Below, piece after piece: positions 1-9,969 of a DNA stretch of 64,000 bases. Made by a program: the position numbers and the translations under genes. Numbering within the stretch: the first letter of the stretch is position 1; the number at the start of each line of letters is the position of its first letter. The stretch covers positions 2,848,001-2,912,000 of the forward strand of contig OZ243913.1 of assembly GCA_965213705.1 (NCBI GenBank), written 5' to 3'. Source of the DNA: Trueperaceae bacterium (GTDB lineage: Bacteria; Deinococcota; Deinococci; Deinococcales; Trueperaceae). The notes under the pieces were generated by a model, which saw only the letters and a list, made by a program, of their open reading frames with translations, was not told the DNA's origin and made no database searches.

Positions 1-2
1 AC

Positions 3-230
3 GTCGCCAACGTCACCACGCCGCTCCTCATCCTCCACGCCGAAGAGGACCACCGCTGCCCGGTCGAGCAGGCGGAACAGCTTTACGTCGCGCTGAAACG
101 CATCGGCAAAGCGCCGACCCGGTTCATCCGGTTTCCGGGCGAGAGTCATGAACTGTCGCGTTCGGGGCGGCCGGACAGGAGAGTGGAGCGGCTCGAGGCG
201 ATTTTGGCTTGGTTCAAGGAGCATGCCTAA
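3..230 (+). CDS. S9 family (prolyl oligopeptidase/acylaminoacyl) peptidase, C-terminal fragment cut by window edge
   Basis: My translation: VANVTTPLLILHAEEDHRCPVEQAEQLY...FPGESHELSRSGRP...WFKEHA*, which carries the catalytic Asp and His motifs of S9 peptidases. Confidence 0.85.
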   Translation, partial: VANVTTPLLILHAEEDHRCPVEQAEQLYVALKRIGKAPTRFIRFPGESHELSRSGRPDRRVERLEAILAWFKEHA

Positions 231-320
231 GAAAGTTTGTCCCAAAAACATCCTTTTAGACTAAGCTTTGGTGACTCATTTAGTAGCTATGTGGCACGTA
301 TTTTGGTAGCTTTTTAGTTA

Positions 321-3224
321 GTGAAAAAGAGAAAGCAGGAACCGTTCCTTCACAAAAACTCTGAAGGAAAATATGTCTCTGGTGTTGGGCCGGGCGTCGG
401 ACTTGCTTTGGCAGAAGAATATTTCACTCAAGCTAGACAAGTGATACGTATTGCGACCGCTTACTTTAGTCTAAAGGGGTACAAGTCCGGAAGGAAATTT
501 TATCCCCAAAGTGTCCAGGTGCGCGTACTGGTGGGACGAAGAGACAGTGTCGAAGTTCAAGCGGCTGTCATTGATGAGATAGAGGAAGAGCTAAAGAGTT
601 GCGAAACTGACCTTTGGGAAACCGTTTATGAAATTGTCGAGCGTATTAGAGTAGGGCAGTTTATCATCCGTGACGCCCGAAGGATAGACACACCGTTCCA
701 CTGCAAGTTCTATATCTCTGATGACGAGCTTCTTTGGCATGGTTCAGCAAATTATTCTTGGAATGGCTTGAGTATAAATGCCGAACAAGTTAGCTTTATA
801 CATGATCCAGCTCAAATTAACGGTTTTATAAATTGGTATGACCAAATCGCCAACGATGCTTTTGACTTACTCAAAGAACTTAAAGAACGCCTAGAAAGAT
901 GGCTCGAGCTCGCTAAGCCTTTCGACATATACCTTAAAGCACTTTTTATTTTCTACAACTTGCCGAGTTATAGCGTTAGAGGGGATGCCCATTCACCCAC
1001 GTACTTCCAAAAGGGTTTTGTAATCAGCGTTCTCTCCCAACTAGAAAGCTTTGGGGGAGCTATAGGCATAGCCGCAACGGGACTGGGGAAAACTGTCATG
1101 GGTACAGAAATCGCTGGTCAGTTACAACAGCAAGGCAAAATAAAAAGGGTCATCATCATCGCTCCTGGAAGTGTACGTGAGAACTGGCGAAAAGAGTTTG
1201 AAGGTAGAGATATTAATTTTGAATTTTTTAGTCTTGAGATCTCATTTCGAGAGGGCTCTGATAGTTTTCATCATCAAGTTTCGAGACTGGACAGAAAGCT
1301 CGAGGAGGCGGATACCAATACTTTTATTTTGGTTGACGAAGCACACCGCTATAAAAACCAACTTAAGGAGAGCGACGATCCGGATTCAACAAGCCTAGTT
1401 TACGAAAGACTAATGCCGGCTATAAATAGGAGGGCCAAAATTGTACTACTTACAGCCACCGCCTACAGTACAAGCCTAAAAAACCTCAATAGCCTACTCT
1501 ACTTGTTGCCTTGGGTTAACAAAAACGCGTTTGACCTAACGGTCCCCTGGAATACGCGAACCATTGATGATTTTACGCAACTTCCGGTAGTAACAATTTT
1601 GGGACTGCCACATGTTCAGAAAATGGCGGAGGCGAGAGGAGATATTGATGAAGCGGGAAGACCCTTTTTTGAATTTGTAAACGAAAAGCGCTATTTACCT
1701 GAGAGCATCAAATTGTACCCTGAGAACTACACATTGTGTATGGAAAACAGATTGTGCGAAGTTTTTGATAGACAGTGTTTCGACCATACAAGTAAAATGC
1801 CACACCTATTTTTTGATGACGAGACTTTTTCAGACCAGAGAGGTTTGACAGACTCAAGCTACAATACTGCGCTAACAAGCTGGCTGAGTTCCCCATCGGC
1901 TATGCGGGACAGCATAGTAAAAAATCTAGAAAAGCCTGGACGCGTAGGCGAAGAAAAGTTGTTCATGAGTAGTTTGGAGGAAATTTCCAAAGATGGGAGC
2001 GTTACTCAGCTAGGTTTGTGGAGCGAACACGACTTCGACAACTCAATTAGGGACACCGAGCCGGGGAGCGAGACGCCTATGTTGCTTCCCCTAAACAAAC
2101 GTAAGCGTTTACTCACTCCCGCCCTTGAGAGTTTGGAGGAGGTAATAAATAGAATAGAAGCAGATGACAAACTAGAGAAGTTGGAAAATATTATCGATTT
2201 AAACCTGATAATGAACGACTCAAAAATTATTATTTTCGTAAATCGGTACCTTACCGCCCTATATTTAGAGAAAGCTATAAAAGATACCTGCCATCAGGTT
2301 GTTTCCGTGGCTTGTACAGTCGAAGAGAGTGATGGATCTCCGAGGCTAAAATCTAGTGAACAACGTTATGAAGTACTCAGAAATTTTTCGCCCTCATCCC
2401 ACAATTATGTATCAGATAATGAGTACAACATACTCATCTGTACAGATGCTGACGGTATAGGTGTGAACCTACAAGATGCCAGCATTATCGTCAACTATGA
2501 CCCACCTAAGGGCGCAGATGAACTTTTTCAACGGGCGGGACGAGTCCTGCGGATAACAAAGGAACCACGAAGAATCATTCATATCTATACGCTCATACCA
2601 TCCATAGTAAACGAGGATAGTAGCGGTTCGCGCGTAAAAAGGGATGTCTGTCGGGTCTTTGAACGAATACAGAAGCGGCATGACAAATCAAGGCGTGTAC
2701 TTGGATCTGACGTTCTGTCACTTCATCAACTTTCAGAAATTACCCTTGAAAGTGAAGTGGATGTAGACAAGTTAATGCGCGAAGAGAATTTGGAATGGCG
2801 TGGGCCTCCCAGGACTATCGCCGATCATCAATCGGTATTAAGTAAACACTTTAATCATGCCGAGCTACTGCCGGACTGTATTTTTAGTGCTTGTTACCAT
2901 GCTCACAAGAGTCCCAAAGTGTTTGTTCTCCTTCACAATACCGATACTACGGAATACTACAGGATTCTCTTTGACCCTACAACTAAAGAGGTCAAACCGC
3001 TAAGCATTCCGGAAACGTTGAATTTACTAGCGTGCCCCGAAGCAGAAGAACGCGCTCCTATTGATACGAAGTACATAGAGCAGGATGCAAACCAGGCTGC
3101 ACAAATCTGGTGCGAGTCCGAAGACATTAACATCATTCAGGTGAACAAAATTTGCGTACTCTACCTTGCATCAAACAGCAATCGTAATAGTTTCAAGTCT
3201 TTTTTACGCCGAGAACCGTCTTAA
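321..3224 (+). CDS. Phospholipase D-like nuclease fused to SF2 (SNF2/ResIII-like) helicase; candidate defence protein
   Basis: HxKxxxxD (HCKFYISD) + GSAN; Walker A ATGLGKT; DEAH; LTAT; motif VI QRAGRVLR; visibly AT-rich relative to flanks. Confidence 0.85.
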   Translation: MKKRKQEPFLHKNSEGKYVSGVGPGVGLALAEEYFTQARQVIRIATAYFSLKGYKSGRKFYPQSVQVRVLVGRRDSVEVQAAVIDEIEEELKSCETDLWETVYEIVERIRVGQFIIRDARRIDTPFHCKFYISDDELLWHGSANYSWNGLSINAEQVSFIHDPAQINGFINWYDQIANDAFDLLKELKERLERWLELAKPFDIYLKALFIFYNLPSYSVRGDAHSPTYFQKGFVISVLSQLESFGGAIGIAATGLGKTVMGTEIAGQLQQQGKIKRVIIIAPGSVRENWRKEFEGRDINFEFFSLEISFREGSDSFHHQVSRLDRKLEEADTNTFILVDEAHRYKNQLKESDDPDSTSLVYERLMPAINRRAKIVLLTATAYSTSLKNLNSLLYLLPWVNKNAFDLTVPWNTRTIDDFTQLPVVTILGLPHVQKMAEARGDIDEAGRPFFEFVNEKRYLPESIKLYPENYTLCMENRLCEVFDRQCFDHTSKMPHLFFDDETFSDQRGLTDSSYNTALTSWLSSPSAMRDSIVKNLEKPGRVGEEKLFMSSLEEISKDGSVTQLGLWSEHDFDNSIRDTEPGSETPMLLPLNKRKRLLTPALESLEEVINRIEADDKLEKLENIIDLNLIMNDSKIIIFVNRYLTALYLEKAIKDTCHQVVSVACTVEESDGSPRLKSSEQRYEVLRNFSPSSHNYVSDNEYNILICTDADGIGVNLQDASIIVNYDPPKGADELFQRAGRVLRITKEPRRIIHIYTLIPSIVNEDSSGSRVKRDVCRVFERIQKRHDKSRRVLGSDVLSLHQLSEITLESEVDVDKLMREENLEWRGPPRTIADHQSVLSKHFNHAELLPDCIFSACYHAHKSPKVFVLLHNTDTTEYYRILFDPTTKEVKPLSIPETLNLLACPEAEERAPIDTKYIEQDANQAAQIWCESEDINIIQVNKICVLYLASNSNRNSFKSFLRREPS

Positions 3225-3237
3225 TATTTACAAGAAC

Positions 3238-3660
3238 CTACACTTTTTCACCGAAAACCGTCGCCACCAATTGCCGTCTTCCCCCACGCTCGCGGTGCTC
3301 GCACAGGTAAATGCCTTGCCAGGTACCCAGGGCCAGCGCGCCATCCCGAATTGGTAAGGTGAGCGAACTGCCCAGCAACGCCGCCTTGACGTGCGCGGGC
3401 ATGTCGTCCGGGCCTTCTAAAGTGTGCCGAAAATAGTCAGCCCCGTCCGGCACCGCGCGGCGGAAATAGCGCTTGAAATCGGCCAAGACCGCCGGTGAAG
3501 CGTTTTCGTTGAGGGCAAGACTCGCCGAGGTGTGTTGGATGAAGAGATGCAGTAGGCCGACTTTGAAGTTTGCAAGCTCGAGCCCCGCCAACACTTCGTC
3601 CGTGACGAGGTGAAAGCCTCGAGGTTTCGCCGCCAGTAAAATATCGTGCTGTTGCCACAT
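3238..3660 (-). CDS. yjbQ: Secondary thiamine-phosphate synthase family protein (UPF0047)
   Basis: [23 protein letters not shown] and [13 protein letters not shown] motifs. Confidence 0.9.
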   Translation of the reverse strand: MWQQHDILLAAKPRGFHLVTDEVLAGLELANFKVGLLHLFIQHTSASLALNENASPAVLADFKRYFRRAVPDGADYFRHTLEGPDDMPAHVKAALLGSSLTLPIRDGALALGTWQGIYLCEHRERGGRRQLVATVFGEKV

Positions 3661-3848
3661 CGCACAAGCTTAGCAAGTCTCGAGCCGGGCAAACAGGCTT
3701 TTCTCCCCCACTCCGTCCCCCACTTTCAAAATGTCGGTCACAGGCATCCTCTACAAAACCTTGTGTGCTACACTGGCCCGTTAAACGCCTTGACGAACAT
3801 CGTTTCTCATCTGATTTCGTTCGGGTAAAGCTTTTACGAGGAGTTGTC

Positions 3849-4118
3849 ATGTCACTGACCAAAGAGCGCAAGCAAGAGATTGTCACGCAGTACGGCGAGT
3901 CCAGCACCGACACGGGTTCGACCGAAGTTCAAATCGCCATGCTCACCGCGCAAATTCAAAGCCTGAGCGAGCACCTGCAAGCGCACAAAAAAGACCACCA
4001 CGGTCGTCGCGGTTTGTTGATGATGGTGGGAAAGCGCAAGCGCCTGTTGAGCTACCTGGAAAAAACGGACTACGAGGGTTACAAAAGCCTGATTCAAAAG
4101 CTGGGCCTGCGCCGTTAG
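3849..4118 (+). CDS. rpsO: 30S ribosomal protein S15
   Basis: [12 protein letters not shown]...[13 protein letters not shown]...[30 protein letters not shown] before ATG 3849. Confidence 0.98.
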   Translation: MSLTKERKQEIVTQYGESSTDTGSTEVQIAMLTAQIQSLSEHLQAHKKDHHGRRGLLMMVGKRKRLLSYLEKTDYEGYKSLIQKLGLRR

Positions 4119-4175
4119 GTACGTGCCGCCCACCGGCTTTGCAAAATTCTCGACCCGGCACGACGAGGGGTAATG

Positions 4176-4209
4176 GAGCGAGGCAGCACCGGCCTCGCTC
4201 TTTATTTTT
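4176..4209 (+). terminator. Intrinsic terminator between rpsO and pnp
   Basis: GAGCGAGGC-7 nt-GCCTCGCTC followed by TTTATTTTT. Confidence 0.75.
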
Positions 4210-4265
4210 GCGACGCTATTTTGGGAGCACCTATTTTATGAAAAAAATAAAGGAGTTAAACAGGT

Positions 4266-6464
4266 ATGGATAAACCCGCAGGTAAACGCTACAGCACGAT
4301 GTTGGGCGGCCGTGAGTTGGTGCTCGAGACGGGCAAGTACGCCAAACTGGTCTCGGGCAGCGTCACGGTTCGCTACGGCGACACGATGCTCCTAGTCACC
4401 GCGCAAATGTCCGACTCGGCCTCGCCGATGGACTTTTTGCCGCTGACCGTCGAGTACGAGGAGCGCCACTACGCCATCGGCAAGATTCCGGGCTCGTTTT
4501 TGCGGCGCGAGGGTCGGCCGGGTACTCAAGCGACGCTGAACGCCCGCGTCATCGACCGCCAAATCCGCCCGCTGTTTCCCAAAACGCTGCGCAACGAAGT
4601 CCAAATTATCGTCACGGTGCTGAGCGCCGACCAGGTCACCGAGCCCGGCACCCTCGCGGCCATCGGCGCGTCGGCGGCGCTGTCGATAAGCAACATTCCC
4701 TGGGACGGCCCCACAGCCTGCGCCAACGTCGGCTACGAAAACAATTCTTATATTCTCAACCCGAGTTTGGAGCAAGCGGAAAACGGCATGTCGCAGCTCG
4801 AGCTGACCGTCGCCATCACCAAAGACGCCGTCCTCATGGTCGAAGCGAGCGCGGACGAGCTGAACGAAGACGTGATGGTCGGTGCGATTGAGTTTGCACA
4901 AAGCGAGCTAAAGCCCGTCATCGACCTCATCGAACAGATGAAAAACGAAGTCGGCGAGGAAAAAGTCCAGGACTACGCCACCTCGACCGAGTTGAACCAA
5001 GAGGACATCGAAAGAATGGTGAGCGAAACCACGGCGGCGGGTTTGCGCGACGTGCTGCTCACCAAAGGCAAGCACGACCGCTCGGTGGCGACGAAAGCGT
5101 TGCGCGACGGCATTCTGTCCCGACTGGTTCCTGACCCGGAGGCCGAGGGCGCTCGAGAGCGCACCGCCGAACTCAAAGGGGCCTTCGGCAAGGCCCAACA
5201 AAAAGAACTCCGGCGCATGGTTCTGGAAGAAAACCTCCGCAGCGACGGCCGCCGCCCGGACGAAATCCGCCCGATTTGGATAGAAACCGGCGTCGTGCCG
5301 ATGGCCCACGGCTCGGCCGTGTTCACCCGCGGCGAGACGCAAGTCTTGGGCGTGACCACGCTCGGCACCGGCAAGGACAACCGGCTGGTAGACGACCTCG
5401 GTTTGGAAAACTCCGAAGAGTTTATGCTGCACTACAACTTCCCGCCCTTTTCGACCGGCGAGGCGAAGCGGTTGCGCGGCGTGTCACGTCGCGAACTCGG
5501 CCACGGCAACTTAGCGCGGCGGGCTCTGGAGCGCATGATTCCCTCGCAAGAGACGTTTCCCTACGTCATCCGCGTGGTCGGGGAAACTTTAGAGTCGAAC
5601 GGTTCGTCGTCGATGGCGACGGTCTGCGCCGGAACCTTGAGCCTGATGGACGCGGGCGTACCCCTGAAAAAACCCGTCGCGGGCATCGCGATGGGACTCG
5701 TCAAAGAAGGTGACGACTACAAGATTCTCTCCGACATCTTAGGCTCGGAAGACGCGCTCGGCGACATGGATTTTAAAGTCACCGGCACCCGCGACGGCGT
5801 GACCGCGCTGCAGATGGACATCAAAATCAAGGGCATCACCGCCGAGATTATGCGCAAAGCCTTGCAGCAGGCGCGTGAAGGCCGCGTGCATATCCTCGAG
5901 AAGATGGGCGAAGTCTTGGACGCCCCGCGTAGCGAGGTTTCCGAGCGCGCCCCCCGCGTGTTGCAAATCAACATCCCCACCGACAAAATCGGCGCGGTCA
6001 TCGGGCCGGGCGGCAAGCAGATTCGAGAATTGGAAGCTTACGGCGCTAAAATCGACATCGAAGAGGACGGCACGGTTCGCATCTACAGCGAAGACTCCGA
6101 GGCCGCCAAAAAGGTGCAGACCTTTATCGAGGGCCTCACCGAAACCGTCGAGGTCGGCAAGATTTACGAGGGCAAGGTCGCCAAAACGCTCGAGTTCGGC
6201 GCGTTCGTGAACCTCATCCCCGGCACCGACGGGCTGCTGCACATCTCGCAAATCGCCGAGGAGCGTGTGGAGAACGTCGGCGACTACCTCAAAGAAGGCG
6301 ACACGCTGAAAGTCAAAGTGAACAGCATCGACAGCCGCGGCAAAATCGACCTCGTCCGGCCCGAGTTGGAAGGCAAGGTCGCGCCTCGAGCCCCCAAACG
6401 CGAAGGCGGCGGGGGCGGCGGGCGTGACCGGGGTGGCGACCGCGGGCGTGGCAGCAGGCGCTGA
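4266..6464 (+). CDS. pnp: Polyribonucleotide nucleotidyltransferase
   Basis: Two RNase PH domains (GKIPGSFLRREG; ESNGSSSMATVC; GDMDFKVTGT), KH and S1 domains; follows rpsO. Confidence 0.98.
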   Translation: MDKPAGKRYSTMLGGRELVLETGKYAKLVSGSVTVRYGDTMLLVTAQMSDSASPMDFLPLTVEYEERHYAIGKIPGSFLRREGRPGTQATLNARVIDRQIRPLFPKTLRNEVQIIVTVLSADQVTEPGTLAAIGASAALSISNIPWDGPTACANVGYENNSYILNPSLEQAENGMSQLELTVAITKDAVLMVEASADELNEDVMVGAIEFAQSELKPVIDLIEQMKNEVGEEKVQDYATSTELNQEDIERMVSETTAAGLRDVLLTKGKHDRSVATKALRDGILSRLVPDPEAEGARERTAELKGAFGKAQQKELRRMVLEENLRSDGRRPDEIRPIWIETGVVPMAHGSAVFTRGETQVLGVTTLGTGKDNRLVDDLGLENSEEFMLHYNFPPFSTGEAKRLRGVSRRELGHGNLARRALERMIPSQETFPYVIRVVGETLESNGSSSMATVCAGTLSLMDAGVPLKKPVAGIAMGLVKEGDDYKILSDILGSEDALGDMDFKVTGTRDGVTALQMDIKIKGITAEIMRKALQQAREGRVHILEKMGEVLDAPRSEVSERAPRVLQINIPTDKIGAVIGPGGKQIRELEAYGAKIDIEEDGTVRIYSEDSEAAKKVQTFIEGLTETVEVGKIYEGKVAKTLEFGAFVNLIPGTDGLLHISQIAEERVENVGDYLKEGDTLKVKVNSIDSRGKIDLVRPELEGKVAPRAPKREGGGGGGRDRGGDRGRGSRR

Positions 6465-6470
6465 GTAGAA

Positions 6471-6530
6471 AGTACCGAGGACCGAGTGGAAAGTACCGAG
6501 TAAAGAGAAAAGTCAAAAGCTTTTCTCTCC
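6471..6530 (+). repeat. Dispersed heptamer-based intergenic repeat (AGTACCG/ACCGAGT type), copy 1
   Basis: agtaccgaggaccgagtggaaagtaccgagtaaagagaaaagtcaaaagcttttctctcc; related copies at about 22135, 33240 (minus) and 39916. Confidence 0.75.
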
Positions 6531-6749
6531 ATCTCCACAAAGTTTTCTCGCGTTGCTCGGAACTGCTTCCTAAAGAAGCAAGTTGAGCGAGTAAGCATTA
6601 TCCGCACCACGCGGCGAGACACTTTTTACACCTCGCTCGCCCCAAACCCGCTAGGGTTGAATCAATCCCGCCTCCTCTCGAGCGGTTTCAACTTCGGGAG
6701 GCTGTCCGCGCAGGTTTCAAATCCCGCCGGGCTGCACCAAAAGGAGCTT

Positions 6750-8486
6750 ATGAATAACCGAAACGGCAACAACGACAAGTCCAGAAACAACGGCAATACC
6801 AAAAGTAACAACACGTCTAAAGACGCCAAAGACAGCAGCGAGCGCAAACTCCATATCATTCCCATCGGCGGCATGGGCGAAATCGGCAAGAACATGATAG
6901 CGATGGAGTACGAGGACGAAATCCTGCTCATCGACGGCGGTCTGGCGTTCCCCGACGCGGACATGTTAGGCGTCGATTTGCTCGTCCCGAAAATCGACTG
7001 GGTGGTCGAAAACGCCCACAAAATCAAGGGCTGGGTTCTCACCCACGGCCACGAAGACCACATCGGCGGGCTGCCCTACATGCTCAAACTGCTGCCCAAA
7101 ATCCCCATGTACGGCGCGAAGCTCACTTTGGGATTCTTGCGCGGCAAGTTTGAGGAGTTCAAACTCTCGGAAAACGACGTAGACCTGCGCGAGGTCACGA
7201 CCGACGACCGCATCAAAATCAGCAAGTACTTCACGGTCGACTACTTCCGCATGACCCACTCGATTCCCGACAATTCGGGCTTCATCATCCATACGCCCAT
7301 CGGCCGAATTGTCCACTCGGGCGACTTCAAGCTCGACTACCACCCGGCCGACGGCAAGACGAGCCACCTCCACAAACTCGCGCAGGCGGGCGAGGAGGGC
7401 GTGCTCGCGCTCATCAGCGACTCGACCAACGCCGAGCGCCCCGGCTACACGCCGAGCGAGCGCGACGTAATGACGGCGGTCGAAGAAATCGTCTCCAAAA
7501 CCAAGGGCCGCGTCATCGTCACGACGTTCAGCTCGCACGTCCACCGCTTGCAAAACTTCATCCGCGTGGCCGAGCGCCACGACCGCCGCGTCATCATTGA
7601 AGGCCGCTCGATGATTAAGAACACTTCAATCGCGCAAGAACTCGGCTATCTGGAAGTCAAGCAGCCGCTCGTCAGCAGCAACGAGATTTCCGAACTGCAA
7701 GACGACAAGGTGCTGTTCCTATGCACCGGCTCGCAAGGTCAGCCGATGGCGGCCTTGTCCCGCCTCGCCTCTGGCACCCACTCGAAGATTCAACTCAAGC
7801 CGGGCGACACCGTTATCATGTCGTCGAACCCGATTCCCGGCAACGAAGAGGCCGTGGGCCGCGTCATCAACGCGCTGTACGAGCGCAAGGTAAATGTGTA
7901 CTACCCGCCGACCTACAAGGTTCACGCCTCGGGCCACGCTTCGCAGGAGGAACTCAAACTCATCCTCGACCTCACCCGGCCGACCTTTTTCATCCCCTGG
8001 CACGGCGAGATGCGCCACCAGGTCAACCACCAGAAACTCGCGGGCGGCATGGCGAACCCGCCCAAAAAGAGCCTCATCGTCGAGAACGGCGACATCATCG
8101 AACTGACCCGCGACGACATGAAAGTCGTCGGGCAAATCGACGCGGGCGTCGTTTACATCGACAGCGTGGGCCGGCGCAAGGGCGAGGAAACGAGCGAGCC
8201 CATCATCCGCGACCGGCAAGCACTGTCGAGCGAAGGCATCGTCATGATTGTCGCCGTCATGGGCCGCCAGCCGAGCGTCGAGGTCATCAGCCGCGGCGTG
8301 GTGAGCCGAGACCACGACCTGCACAAGGAAATCGAAAACATCGCGATGGAAGGTTTGAAGCGCGGCATCAAGGAAAAGCGCCGCCACAACGACATCCGCG
8401 ACGACATCTTTTACCCGGTGCGGCGCTACCTGCGCAAGGCGACGGGGCGGAATCCTCTCATTGTGCCGACGCTCGTGGAGGGCTGA
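6750..8486 (+). CDS. rnj: Ribonuclease J
   Basis: IPIGGMGEIGKNM, THGHEDHIGG, HSIPD, HASGHA metallo-beta-lactamase/beta-CASP motifs; AAGGAG RBS before ATG 6750. Confidence 0.96.
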   Translation: MNNRNGNNDKSRNNGNTKSNNTSKDAKDSSERKLHIIPIGGMGEIGKNMIAMEYEDEILLIDGGLAFPDADMLGVDLLVPKIDWVVENAHKIKGWVLTHGHEDHIGGLPYMLKLLPKIPMYGAKLTLGFLRGKFEEFKLSENDVDLREVTTDDRIKISKYFTVDYFRMTHSIPDNSGFIIHTPIGRIVHSGDFKLDYHPADGKTSHLHKLAQAGEEGVLALISDSTNAERPGYTPSERDVMTAVEEIVSKTKGRVIVTTFSSHVHRLQNFIRVAERHDRRVIIEGRSMIKNTSIAQELGYLEVKQPLVSSNEISELQDDKVLFLCTGSQGQPMAALSRLASGTHSKIQLKPGDTVIMSSNPIPGNEEAVGRVINALYERKVNVYYPPTYKVHASGHASQEELKLILDLTRPTFFIPWHGEMRHQVNHQKLAGGMANPPKKSLIVENGDIIELTRDDMKVVGQIDAGVVYIDSVGRRKGEETSEPIIRDRQALSSEGIVMIVAVMGRQPSVEVISRGVVSRDHDLHKEIENIAMEGLKRGIKEKRRHNDIRDDIFYPVRRYLRKATGRNPLIVPTLVEG

Positions 8487-8513
8487 GGCTAGACTTCATA
8501 AAACGGCTTGATT

Positions 8514-8550
8514 GATGAGGGCGGTCGCGTGGTGCGGCCGTCCTCGTTTT
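8514..8550 (+). terminator. Probable terminator after rnj
   Basis: GAGGGCGGTCGC-GTGGT-GCGGCCGTCCTC stem (with G-U pairs) then GTTTT. Confidence 0.55.
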
Positions 8551-8582
8551 GTTGTTGGGGCAGTCGGTTCGGGGCCGCGGTT

Positions 8583-8628
8583 GGACCCCTCCGCCCTTCG
8601 GGCACCTCCCCTTAAAGGAGAGGCGGGA
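8583..8628. repeat. Palindromic REP/RPE-like element
   Basis: ggacccctccgcccttcgggcacctccccttaaaggagaggcggg; related CCCCCTT...AAGGGGG elements at 32036-32135 and 36282-36318. Confidence 0.5.
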
Positions 8629-8699
8629 GCGCGAGGTCAAAGGTTATGTGTTTCGACTCGAGAACACAAACCTTATCTATGTGTAAAGTGATTATCCTC

Positions 8700-8728
8700 T
8701 TGACAAAACGTTGTAGGTATACAACAAT
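8700..8728 (+). promoter_or_regulatory. Sigma70-type promoter overlapped by an inverted-repeat operator for the XRE regulator
   Basis: TTGACA 8700-8705, 17 nt, AACAAT 8723-8728; GTTGTA-ggta-TACAAC at 8710-8725. Confidence 0.6.
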
Positions 8729-8762
8729 GTGTTTTAGAAACGTCAAGAATTGAGGTGCATGT

Positions 8763-9029
8763 GTGCCACCCAACAAACTGACCATCCACAACCGAATCAG
8801 CGTTTTACGCGCCGAGCGCGATTTGTCCCGCAAAGACTTGGCCGACGCGGTGGGGGTGAACTTTCAGACGATTGGCTACCTCGAGCGCGGGGACTACAAC
8901 CCGAGTTTGGAACTCGCTTTCAAACTCAGCGACTATTTCAGCCTACCCATCGAGGTCATCTTTTCGACCCGACCCCTCAAACCCTTAAGTGAAGCTCTTA
9001 TGGAGCTTAGAGAAAAGGAGAAAGTATGA
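8763..9029 (+). CDS. XRE-family HTH transcriptional regulator
   Basis: NRISVLRAERDLSRKDLADAVGVNFQTIGYLERGDYNPSLELAFKL. Confidence 0.93.
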   Translation: MPPNKLTIHNRISVLRAERDLSRKDLADAVGVNFQTIGYLERGDYNPSLELAFKLSDYFSLPIEVIFSTRPLKPLSEALMELREKEKV

Positions 9030-9505
9030 AAACAGGTATAGTCAAACGCTCGAGTCGCCGGTTCTACGTGGTTTTAACAGGACTCAGCTACGTCCTTTTG
9101 GTGAGCTTTTGGGCACTTGCAAACTCACTCGCCAACGACTGGTTGATGCTTCCGACTTTACTGGCTGCACTTACGTTCCTCTATAGTTTTTCACGTATCT
9201 TCATCGGGACTCAAGCCTGGAACGTTGCCAACCGCAGCGCTGCCGAAGCCGACGAGCGTCAACGAATCGTGCGCGACAGGGCGCACTTTTGGGCTTACCT
9301 TTACGCAAGTATTTTTGCCCTCCTGAGTCTGACGTACTGGTACTTTGCGGGTGAACTCGGCTGGTGGTTACCGCGCGGGTACGGTGAGCGCACCGCGACC
9401 TTCTGGACGCTTCTTCTCCTCATTCCATCGTTGCCCTCCGCCATCATCGCCTGGCTCGAGCCCGACCCCGTTGAAGACGTTTTTGAAGAAAGGACTTTAG
9501 CATGA
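9026..9505 (+). CDS. Multi-pass membrane protein, DERQ...WLEPDP paralog 1
   Basis: About four hydrophobic segments; ADERQR; C-terminal AWLEPDP; ATGA overlap with XRE gene. Confidence 0.8.
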   Translation: MKTGIVKRSSRRFYVVLTGLSYVLLVSFWALANSLANDWLMLPTLLAALTFLYSFSRIFIGTQAWNVANRSAAEADERQRIVRDRAHFWAYLYASIFALLSLTYWYFAGELGWWLPRGYGERTATFWTLLLLIPSLPSAIIAWLEPDPVEDVFEERTLA

Positions 9506-9969
9506 TGGCAAACAGGTCGGTGCGGCGCGTTTTGGTGATTGCTTACTACCTCGTTCTTTTCGCGCTTTATCCGCTCGTACAGGGAGTGTTCTGGGAGACG
9601 GCGCTGTTTTTCGTCCTGCTGTTTGCATCTCCCGCGACGGCGGCGGGAACGGAAATGCTTAAAGCCCTAAACGACCCCGAGGCTAGGGCCGACGAGCGCC
9701 AAAAGGGAATCATCAACGAAACGATGAGAAAGACGTACGTCGTGCTGGCTGTAATGTTGCTCGTCCCCGCGTTCATGCTCGGGTTTACAGACGACCTACC
9801 CACCCGTGTCGGCGAGGCCGTTGACGGCTATTTGAGCTACCTGTTCAGCTTCCGAATCCTCTTCCTGTTGATTTCGACGCTGCCGCCCGCCGTGCTGATG
9901 TGGCTCGAGCCCGACCCAGTTCCCGAAACCGAAGAACCTGTCGAGAACGTGCGGGGAGGGGCACAGTGA
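9502..9969 (+). CDS. Multi-pass membrane protein, paralog 2
   Basis: ADERQK; MWLEPDP; start overlaps upstream stop. Confidence 0.8.
   Translation: MMANRSVRRVLVIAYYLVLFALYPLVQGVFWETALFFVLLFASPATAAGTEMLKALNDPEARADERQKGIINETMRKTYVVLAVMLLVPAFMLGFTDDLPTRVGEAVDGYLSYLFSFRILFLLISTLPPAVLMWLEPDPVPETEEPVENVRGGAQ

Noticed and set aside
3775..3848. S15 autoregulatory leader RNA
   Set aside because: Plausible by position, but I could not identify a convincing conserved structure by eye
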